A stretch of 64,000 nucleotides of DNA, from positions 1 to 64,000 of IMG/VR virus record IMGVR_UViG_3300027902_000155; one strand, 5' to 3'. The notes under the pieces were generated by a model that was given only the letters and a program-made list of their open reading frames with translations, was not told where the DNA came from and ran no database searches. Both the position numbers and the translations under genes were made by a program. Positions within the stretch are counted from its first letter, which is position 1; each line of letters begins with the position of its first letter. This DNA comes from a virus. This document shows positions 56,266-64,000 of this stretch, in pieces.

Positions 56266-59200
56266 ATGGCCGTCCTTACTACCGAGAACTCAGTCGACCT
56301 AGCCGCACAATTCATCGCGTCGATAAATGCTCCCGAGAACGTGGTCTATGCGTTCGTGGGGCGTCCGGTGCCGTGGACAGATGACGACGCCCCTCCCGCT
56401 GCCAACAACTCGGTAGACGGCAAGGACCTGTCGATCTATGACAATCTAGCCTACGGCAAGCACCTCGATCCCGCAAACACCATCCTGATGGCGCCGCGAG
56501 TGACCTGGGTGACCGGTACGGTCTACGACCACTACGACCAGACCGACGCGGATCTGATGTCTAAGAGGTTCTACGTAGTCACCAGCGAGAACCACGTCTT
56601 TAAGTGCATCTACAACGGCAGCGGCGCCGAGTCTACCGTGATGCCAAACTTGGTCGGAGCATCTGGTACGTTCATGACTGGAGACGGGTACGCGTGGAAG
56701 TACATGTATACCATCGACTCTAGCACCAACACGACCTTTTACTCCACGAGTTATATACCGATAGTCGCAAACACGACAGTCGAGGCTGCTGCGACCCCGG
56801 GCGCGATAGACTTCATCGAGGTCACCTCGAGAGGCGCTGACTATCGACAGTACTCTACAGGGTACCTAGCAAGCGCAGTCAACAGCACCGTAGTCCAACT
56901 GACCTCGAGCGCCTCGGCCGTCGACGACTACTACAACGACTGCTCGATCTATCTCCACAGTAACCCCGGGGGCAGTCAGATCAGGGTAGTCGCAGACTAC
57001 GACGGATCGACGCGTCTTGCTACACTCGCGCCCAAGCTAGACTTTCACGTCAACGTAGAACTCAACGACATCGCCGGCTCGTTCGTCGAGGGAGACGTCG
57101 TATCTCAGCAACTGGACAGGATCACGACGTACGTCCAGGCGGGTTACCTCAATCCCGGCGACCACGTCGAACAGTCCGAGACCGGCGTCAGTGGCGTCGT
57201 CCAGACCGTGAACTCCACGAGCGTCACCGTCAGCAGGACAGCGAGTACCGCGTTCAGTGACGCCCTACCGTTCTATGACACTGCACAGGCGGGTACCCTC
57301 AAGACAGGCAGCGCGAACACCGCAGCGGGACAGACCAACGTAACCGGCGTCGGCACCGCGTTCACCTCTGAGTACTCGGCAAACGGGTTCATCCGAGTCG
57401 GTACCTCTGCAAACTCTCAGATCCGACGGATACAGGCCGTAGTCAACGACACGAAGATCACGGCGTCTGTGCCGTTCACAAAGACGCTGCTCAGCAACGT
57501 CCACTACTCCGTACCGATAGCGGCAGACCCACTCGAGGTAGAGACGCTGTTCTCTAACGGCGTCATCACCTACACCAACATCACCGGCGTGCTGCTCTCC
57601 TACGGCTCTGTGTCACTCGAGGGCGTCTCGTTCATCCCGGGCGAGGTAGTGAGAGAGGTAGACTCGTCGGACGACGACTTGGGAGTCGGGGCAGTCATCG
57701 ACTATGCTAACAATTCTCACCTGATACTGTCAAGCACCACGGGTAGTTCGTTTACTGTCGCACAGTACGTCTTCGGTAAGTCATCCAATCAGAAGGCGCA
57801 GATCAGTTCGGTCGATAGTTACCCTGCGATCACGGTCGCCTCTGACTACGGCAACTTTAGGGCAGGCTGTCCGCTCGTCGGAAACAGCGGCAGTGCTAAC
57901 GTCATCTCGTCTGCGTCTTTCCCTGGACTGATGACGGAGTACGTCGTGTCGCCGCGAGTCGTCGTCGACGGCGACGGAGTCGGCGCCACTGCATACGCGA
58001 TCGTCAATACTACCCCGGGCGTCCTTAACTCGGTATCCAGCGTCGTGATGCTAGATACCGGCGACGGATATACTCGCGCGAACGTCTACGTAGTCGCGAA
58101 CTCCTCGCTAAAGAGCGCGACGAGCGCAAACGTGGTCCTTCGAGCGCTCATCGGACCGACCACGGGCCACGGCTCTAACGCCGCCCTCGAGTTGGGAGCT
58201 CGATACGTCGGGACGAGCGTCACGTTCGATACCATGACTAACGAGTCGTACGTGTTCCCCGGATACGGCAGCTATCGCCAGTTCGGGCTGCTGAAGAATC
58301 CCCGATGGGGAGAGGCCGTGATCGAGGTCGGCGACCCAGAGCGGGCCAAACTGACGATCAGGAACCGATCTGCCGCGTTCACCCCCGGAGAGGTCGTCGT
58401 CCAGCCCTCGAGCAACTGCGGCGGCGTGGTCGTCTACTCTAACTCCTCGTTCCTCGAGATCTCGAATCCGTCAGGAACCTTCAAGTACAACCAGACCGGC
58501 GACGGCGTCGTCGGGGGCAAGTCCGGTTCTACCGCCAACGTCGTCACCGCTAACCTGACCTACTTCCGCGTGCTCTCAGACACCGAGTCGCTGATCGAGA
58601 ACGACACGGGCGCGACGGCTACTATAGACGCTATGATCGACGACCAGAAACTGAGGATAACCGACATCTCCGGCAAGTTTGCTAACGCCGAGGTCGTATA
58701 TGATCCGGTGACTAACGCCTACGCTACCGTCGCCAGCATCAAGGTCGCCAACGGCTCCCTCGACGTGACGACTAACTTCGGAGCCCGGTTCAATCAGCTA
58801 GAGAGGGTGCCGCTCACGTCTAATACGGGTCCGTTCGTCCTTCGCGAGCGGGTCGTCCAGGATACTACCGGAGCGTCTGGGACGATAGTCAATATCGCGA
58901 ACAACGTCGATCTGGCGATCTCGTCTGCCACCGGCACCTACTACGTCGGCAACCAACTGACCGGCAACAACAGCGGCGCTACCGGAGTCGTGATCGGGGT
59001 AAAGAGCGGGTATCTCGTGGTGAGTGCCGTCGACGGCGCCTTCACGACCTCTGACTACGTGATAAATAACGCTGATGTAACGGCCCAGGTAGACACGGTA
59101 TACCCGGTCTTGACACTGGCAGACGCGAGGGACTCGATTGCCGACGGTACTTCCTACAACCTCGTCGGCGAAGCGTCTGGCAGCATCGGACGCAGTGCAC

Positions 59201-59328
59201 TCGCTAATACTGTGGTCTGTCCGAGCCTGGTGCGCGGCACGGGTGAGGTGCTGTATATCGACAACCGCGTCCCGTTCGATAGATCGACGACGTCTCGTGA
59301 GACTCTAAAGTTAGTCTGTAAATTCTAG
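56266..59328 (+). CDS. baseplate wedge protein (gp8-like, extended)
   Basis: FVGRP.PW, R..W..GT.YD.Y, VFKC..N, DGY.WKYMY, GHGS, YRQFGLLKNP, GEVLYIDNR.P..R. Confidence 0.85.
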   Translation: MAVLTTENSVDLAAQFIASINAPENVVYAFVGRPVPWTDDDAPPAANNSVDGKDLSIYDNLAYGKHLDPANTILMAPRVTWVTGTVYDHYDQTDADLMSKRFYVVTSENHVFKCIYNGSGAESTVMPNLVGASGTFMTGDGYAWKYMYTIDSSTNTTFYSTSYIPIVANTTVEAAATPGAIDFIEVTSRGADYRQYSTGYLASAVNSTVVQLTSSASAVDDYYNDCSIYLHSNPGGSQIRVVADYDGSTRLATLAPKLDFHVNVELNDIAGSFVEGDVVSQQLDRITTYVQAGYLNPGDHVEQSETGVSGVVQTVNSTSVTVSRTASTAFSDALPFYDTAQAGTLKTGSANTAAGQTNVTGVGTAFTSEYSANGFIRVGTSANSQIRRIQAVVNDTKITASVPFTKTLLSNVHYSVPIAADPLEVETLFSNGVITYTNITGVLLSYGSVSLEGVSFIPGEVVREVDSSDDDLGVGAVIDYANNSHLILSSTTGSSFTVAQYVFGKSSNQKAQISSVDSYPAITVASDYGNFRAGCPLVGNSGSANVISSASFPGLMTEYVVSPRVVVDGDGVGATAYAIVNTTPGVLNSVSSVVMLDTGDGYTRANVYVVANSSLKSATSANVVLRALIGPTTGHGSNAALELGARYVGTSVTFDTMTNESYVFPGYGSYRQFGLLKNPRWGEAVIEVGDPERAKLTIRNRSAAFTPGEVVVQPSSNCGGVVVYSNSSFLEISNPSGTFKYNQTGDGVVGGKSGSTANVVTANLTYFRVLSDTESLIENDTGATATIDAMIDDQKLRITDISGKFANAEVVYDPVTNAYATVASIKVANGSLDVTTNFGARFNQLERVPLTSNTGPFVLRERVVQDTTGASGTIVNIANNVDLAISSATGTYYVGNQLTGNNSGATGVVIGVKSGYLVVSAVDGAFTTSDYVINNADVTAQVDTVYPVLTLADARDSIADGTSYNLVGEASGSIGRSALANTVVCPSLVRGTGEVLYIDNRVPFDRSTTSRETLKLVCKF

Positions 59329-59344
59329 GAAAGAAGAATAACGA

Positions 59345-62300
59345 ATGTCTCTTGATATCGACCTGAGCAGAAGTCCGTACGGGGACGACTTCGCGGCGAA
59401 CAATAATTTCTATCGCGTGCTGTTCCGACCGGAGATTCCAGTCCAGGCGAGAGAACTCACCCAAGGACAGACTATCCTCCAGGACCAGATCGAGAAGTTC
59501 GGTCGGTACACCTTCAAGGAGGGCTCGCCCGTAACTGACTTGACCAAGACCTACGAGCCGACGGTCCACTACGTCAAGATCACGGACAGCCTGACCCTGG
59601 CCAACGGCAGCGTGGTCGCGGTGACCACGAGCGACTTCGTGGGCAAGACCGTCGAGGCCAGCAACGGACTGAAGGCGATCGTTGCCGGCGCGGCAGCAGG
59701 ATTTCTAGCGACCTCGCCCGATCTCAATACTATCTACATCGACTACCTTGGCTCGGCGAGTGACTATACGACAAACAAGTTTGACCCTGACCAGACACTG
59801 ACGGTGAAGACCGAGCTCGGCGCGACGATCGGCACGATCAAGACCGCAAACAACGCAGTATCTGGCAGCAGTTCCTACCTGGGCGTCGGCTATAAGATGT
59901 CAATAGCCGGCAAGGACGCGGTAGTCTTCTCCAAGGGATTCTTCATCAGTGTGGCCAACCAGAGCGTCATGGTCACGAAGTACGACAACTATCCAGACGG
60001 CGTATCGGTGGGCTTCGAGACGACAGAAGAAATTGTGACTCCCGAGGAGGACTCGTCCCTGCTCGATAACGCGGCGGGTTACCCTAACTACGCAGCGCCG
60101 GGCGCGCACCGACTGAGACTGATTCCGAATCTCGTGGTTCGTAACACCAACGAAACTAGCAACACTACCCCGTTCTTGTCCCTCACCGACTTCGTCGAGG
60201 GCCACCCGTCGATCAGTCCGACCGATCCGGTCCTGAACCTCCTCGGAGACGCGCAGGCACAGACCCTGTACAACACGGAGGGCGACTTCGTCGTCAGTCC
60301 GTGGAACGTGCGACTGATCACCCGGTACACGGACTTCCCGACCAACTCGACGATCGATACCGCGAACCTCCGCCTCGAGATCGACCCCGGCCTGGGCTAC
60401 GTCAAGGGATACAAGGTCCAGACGGTCGGCCAGCTGCCGGGTCACATCGGCGGCGCCGACGCCGTTCGCAAGGGCAACGACGTCAGGACGCTCGCTGCTC
60501 AGGTAGCTACCGCGACGATGGGCAGCTACCTGTACTGCAACCAGGTAGCCGGTCACTGGGACTTCACTAGCTCGGCAAACGTCTCCCTCAGAAGTGCGAC
60601 GGCGACTGCTATCTCGTCTGCGTCTGCGATCGGCAACGATGTCTCTGGCCTGAGCGCGCCCGGCAGCGAGCTCGGCACCGCCGAGCTGATCGGCTTCGAG
60701 TACGACTCCGGAACTCCGGGCGACACCGCAGCTGAGTACCGCATCTACCTCTTCAACGTCCAGATGGCGACTGGCAAGAACTTTGCAGACGTCAGGTCCC
60801 TCTATACAATCTCCGGAGGCGTCAAGGGCTTCGCAGACGTCGCTCTCACGAGCGGCAGCTGCGTCCTACAGGATCAGAAGCTGTCGACCCTGATCTATCC
60901 GATGGCTACTGGGGCGATGAAGACCCTGCTCACCGAAACGCCCCCGACCACCATGCTCGACTACCGTAAGGCATCGACCCTGACGGTCGCTACCAACGGC
61001 ATCGGCACCCTCTCGTTCACGACCGCCGGACCAGGCGGCAGCGCGTCTGACGAGTTCCCGTACGGACTCGGTCAGCTCAGCACCGTCAACGAGCGCGAGT
61101 TCGTCATCGTGTCTGACAACACCAGGCAGACCGCTAACCTCGTAGCTAGGGTCGATGCCACCGTCGCGGAGTACAACCTAGCGTTCCACGCCGGCCAGTC
61201 AAACAACTTCAGCAGCCTGTTCATCCCGGGCGACCGTGTCTCTGTAGGCAACAGCGCGCCCGGCGAGACCAGACTCGTCGTCTATGCCAACTCGTCGTTC
61301 CTCAACGTGTCGTCTGCGTGGAGCAGCAGCTACTCAAACGCCGCCATCTACAAGACGTACACCGCCGGCCAGTCGATACCAACCTCGCTAGACTCGACGC
61401 AGACGATCACTATCGACAGCACGACGAGTGCGACGATCAACCTCGCGCATACGTTTACTGCTACGGTACCGATCACCGTGTACCACGACGTCCGACGGAC
61501 GCAGGCAAAACCGGCCAAGAAGCTGCTGTACACCAGCGTCTTCGTCAAGATCGACTGCAGCAGCAACGCCGGCGGCGTAGCCGGACCGTGGTGCCTCGGC
61601 GTGCCCGACCTCTACAGGGTCAAGCACGTCTACGTCGGCGCGTCCTATGCCGACACCAACCAAGACCTGATCGACCAGTTCACATGGGATACTGGCCAGC
61701 GCGACGCGTTCTACGGACTGTCGTCGCTCGTCTCGGCAGGGTTCGTCGGCACCACGAGCACCAAGATACTCGTCGAGGCAGAGTGCTTCGTGCCAGACGT
61801 ATCTCAGGGCATCGGTTTCTACACGGTCGACTCGTATCCGATCGACGACACCGGCGTGACCGCGAACACCATCCTGACGCAGAACATCCCGTTCTACACC
61901 TCGATCCAGGAGGCGACTAACTACAACCTCCGAAACTGCATCGACCTGCGACTACACACCGCTAATACCGCTGCGCTGATCAACGTCATCTCATCCGCGA
62001 CCATCAATCCCGCCAACACGACGACGTTCGCGGGCGTGCCGAGCAACCTGTTCGTGCCGGCGCCCGACTCCTCGTTCGAGTCTGACATCGAGTACTACCT
62101 CGGTAGACGAGACATCGTCGGACTTACTCCGAAGGGTACGGTCATCCACATCGAGGGTACTCCGTCTGAGAACCCGGCGCCTCCCGTCGACATCTCGGCG
62201 GGCATCACCCTAGCAACTGTGAACGTCCCTCCGTACCCGACCCTCGGAGTCGACCAGCAGGGCAACAACTATCCGACGGTCACCCTCCAGTACAAGAAGA

Positions 62301-64000
62301 ACCGGCGCTACACGATGCGCGACATCGGAGCCCTCGACGACCGCCTGTCTCGCGTCGAGTACTGGACCGCCCTCAACGTCCTCGAGCAGTCTGCCAAGGA
62401 CCTGCTCATCCCGAACGCATCGGGCGTCAACCGGTTCCAGAACGGCATCCTCGCAGACCCGTTCGTCGACAACAGCATCGGCAACGTCCTAGACACGCAG
62501 TACAACATCGCGATCGACAAGGCGGTGTCTGAGATACGACCGGTGTTCACTCAGACGCCGATCCAACTCAAGTACAACAGCGGTGCGTCTACAAACACGC
62601 AGGTATCTTCGAACGGTCGACTGATCCTACTCAAGAACGAGAAGGTCGCGGCGCCGTACCTGTTCCAGCAGTTCGCGACCCAGGTCAGGAACCCGTCTCA
62701 GGACGTCGCGTACCGCTGGGCCGGTCACCTCGACCTGACTCCCGACGGCGACTACCAGCCAGACGTCACGGTAAATCCGGCGACGATCGTTCCGATGGAC
62801 CTCAAGATCGAGGGACTCGGCGCGGTCGGATCGGTGTGGCAGACGTTCTGGGGCGACTGGCAGGAGACCTCTCGGTCTTCGTCTGACTCCTCTGCGGTAG
62901 TAAACGAGGGCGGCTGGTGGGGCGACTGGTCTAAGGCCGGCAACGTCGTCTACGGACTCACCCCGACGGTAGAGACGACGACCACGACCGCGATCAACCA
63001 GATCAGGTCCGGCGTACAAGAGATCGTAGGAGAGAAGACCAACCTCTACAACCTCGGCTCTTACGTCACCGACGTCAGTCTTCAGCCGTACATCCGTCCA
63101 CAGATGGTATTCTTTGCGGCTCACGGCCTCAAGCCGAACACGCAGCACTGGCCGTTCATGGACGACGTCCCGATCAGCAACTACTGCTCTAAGGCGGCAG
63201 AGGACAAGACGCTCATCCTGACGCCGACCCTGGTCAGTAACGGACTCGGCAGCATATACGGATGGTACGCGATACCGTCTACCGTCTTCCACGCCGGCGA
63301 GAGGGTGTTCAAGCTGTGCGACGTCGACAACCTGGTAACTAAGTCTACCGACATCCTGTCGAACGCGTCAGCCACGTTCTACGGCACGAACCTGGCCTAC
63401 GCCAAGAACAACATCGAGCTACAGACGACGACCAGCACCCTCTATGCGAAGGCGGTACAACAGACTCAGACGATCTATACCTCGACGAGCTCGACCTCGG
63501 GCGGCTCGCTCGTGTCGGACGTCGTCAACTGTGACTGCTACACCTCTCCGTGCGCCCAGAGCTTCAGGCTGCCTCAGGAGATACTGTACGGGGAAGACAT
63601 CCCGGTCATCTACGTCACCGCCATCGACCTCTTCTTCGAGAAGAAGGATCCTACCCTCGGCATCCAGATCATGGTACGAGAGATGGAGAACGGCTACCCG
63701 ACCACGCGCATCGTGCCGTTCGGCTCAGTGCACCTGAAGAGCGCAGACGTCAACGTCTCAGAGGATGCGACCCTCGCGACGACCGTCACGTTCCCGGCGC
63801 CGCTGATGCTCGAGACAGGCAAGGAGTACTGCGTCGTCGCTCGCGCCGACGGGTTCAATCCCAACTACGCGCTCTGGACCGCGGCGCTCGGGGGCAGTCC
63901 GGACGTCACGACCGGCAGCCCGCTGTTCCACAACAGCTTCGCCGGCAACTTCTTCACCTCGTCGAACGACACCGGATGGACGGCGTACCAGCAAGAAGAC
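59345..64000 (+). CDS. VrlC/DUF4815-like large structural protein, 3'-truncated by window edge (not in ORF track)
   Basis: PYGDDF..FYRVLFRP..VQARELTQ.Q.ILQ.QIEKFG, APGAHRL, RYTMRDIG.L..R, AQSF; start and window end are in the same frame. Confidence 0.85.
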   Translation, partial: MSLDIDLSRSPYGDDFAANNNFYRVLFRPEIPVQARELTQGQTILQDQIEKFGRYTFKEGSPVTDLTKTYEPTVHYVKITDSLTLANGSVVAVTTSDFVGKTVEASNGLKAIVAGAAAGFLATSPDLNTIYIDYLGSASDYTTNKFDPDQTLTVKTELGATIGTIKTANNAVSGSSSYLGVGYKMSIAGKDAVVFSKGFFISVANQSVMVTKYDNYPDGVSVGFETTEEIVTPEEDSSLLDNAAGYPNYAAPGAHRLRLIPNLVVRNTNETSNTTPFLSLTDFVEGHPSISPTDPVLNLLGDAQAQTLYNTEGDFVVSPWNVRLITRYTDFPTNSTIDTANLRLEIDPGLGYVKGYKVQTVGQLPGHIGGADAVRKGNDVRTLAAQVATATMGSYLYCNQVAGHWDFTSSANVSLRSATATAISSASAIGNDVSGLSAPGSELGTAELIGFEYDSGTPGDTAAEYRIYLFNVQMATGKNFADVRSLYTISGGVKGFADVALTSGSCVLQDQKLSTLIYPMATGAMKTLLTETPPTTMLDYRKASTLTVATNGIGTLSFTTAGPGGSASDEFPYGLGQLSTVNEREFVIVSDNTRQTANLVARVDATVAEYNLAFHAGQSNNFSSLFIPGDRVSVGNSAPGETRLVVYANSSFLNVSSAWSSSYSNAAIYKTYTAGQSIPTSLDSTQTITIDSTTSATINLAHTFTATVPITVYHDVRRTQAKPAKKLLYTSVFVKIDCSSNAGGVAGPWCLGVPDLYRVKHVYVGASYADTNQDLIDQFTWDTGQRDAFYGLSSLVSAGFVGTTSTKILVEAECFVPDVSQGIGFYTVDSYPIDDTGVTANTILTQNIPFYTSIQEATNYNLRNCIDLRLHTANTAALINVISSATINPANTTTFAGVPSNLFVPAPDSSFESDIEYYLGRRDIVGLTPKGTVIHIEGTPSENPAPPVDISAGITLATVNVPPYPTLGVDQQGNNYPTVTLQYKKNRRYTMRDIGALDDRLSRVEYWTALNVLEQSAKDLLIPNASGVNRFQNGILADPFVDNSIGNVLDTQYNIAIDKAVSEIRPVFTQTPIQLKYNSGASTNTQVSSNGRLILLKNEKVAAPYLFQQFATQVRNPSQDVAYRWAGHLDLTPDGDYQPDVTVNPATIVPMDLKIEGLGAVGSVWQTFWGDWQETSRSSSDSSAVVNEGGWWGDWSKAGNVVYGLTPTVETTTTTAINQIRSGVQEIVGEKTNLYNLGSYVTDVSLQPYIRPQMVFFAAHGLKPNTQHWPFMDDVPISNYCSKAAEDKTLILTPTLVSNGLGSIYGWYAIPSTVFHAGERVFKLCDVDNLVTKSTDILSNASATFYGTNLAYAKNNIELQTTTSTLYAKAVQQTQTIYTSTSSTSGGSLVSDVVNCDCYTSPCAQSFRLPQEILYGEDIPVIYVTAIDLFFEKKDPTLGIQIMVREMENGYPTTRIVPFGSVHLKSADVNVSEDATLATTVTFPAPLMLETGKEYCVVARADGFNPNYALWTAALGGSPDVTTGSPLFHNSFAGNFFTSSNDTGWTAYQQED

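Noticed and set aside
1-64000. CRISPR array or cas operon
   Set aside because: No regularly spaced repeat-spacer array seen; the Cas4-like nuclease at 9545 is a common stand-alone T4-like exonuclease
1-64000. Stop-codon reassignment
   Set aside because: Core genes are full length in code 11 and TAA, TAG and TGA all end recognisable genes

Overview
This is a 64-kb segment of a large, fairly GC-rich T4-like myophage. The host is inferred to be an alphaproteobacterium, from the permuted alpha-type tmRNA and the Rhizobiales-like DacA, Slt and RlpA genes. Left half (1-37.5 kb, mostly + strand): replication and transcription genes (gp61 primase, RNase H, gp33, gp59, gp32), five free-standing HNH/GIY-YIG homing endonucleases, and auxiliary genes (SAM decarboxylase, cytidylyltransferase, glycosyltransferase, heptose kinase, three methyltransferases, MetAP, periplasmic peptidoglycan enzymes). 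It also holds an early-promoter-rich hyperplastic region with a helicase/methyltransferase cassette between diverged direct repeats, and a two-piece tmRNA. Right half: the tail/baseplate module (two muralytic hub/tape-measure-like proteins, holin, gp51/gp26/gp54/gp2/gp4, gp48/gp53/hub/split gp5/gp25/gp6/gp7/gp8 and a VrlC-like gene running off the end). The most notable observations are: (1) a ~210-nt hairpin-dense non-coding RNA candidate directly after the tmRNA, closed by a perfect 11-bp stem that abuts the start of a small basic protein; (2) an apparent ribosome-rescue toolkit (tmRNA, an unannotated ArfA-like ORF, Pth2, an RMF-like ORF, MetAP); (3) a probable programmed -1 frameshift fusing gp26 to a start-less gp51; (4) pervasive leaderless mRNAs and a promoter subclass with a fixed-position TGCAAC element. 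All family assignments come from motif recognition by eye; no database searches or folding computations were run.
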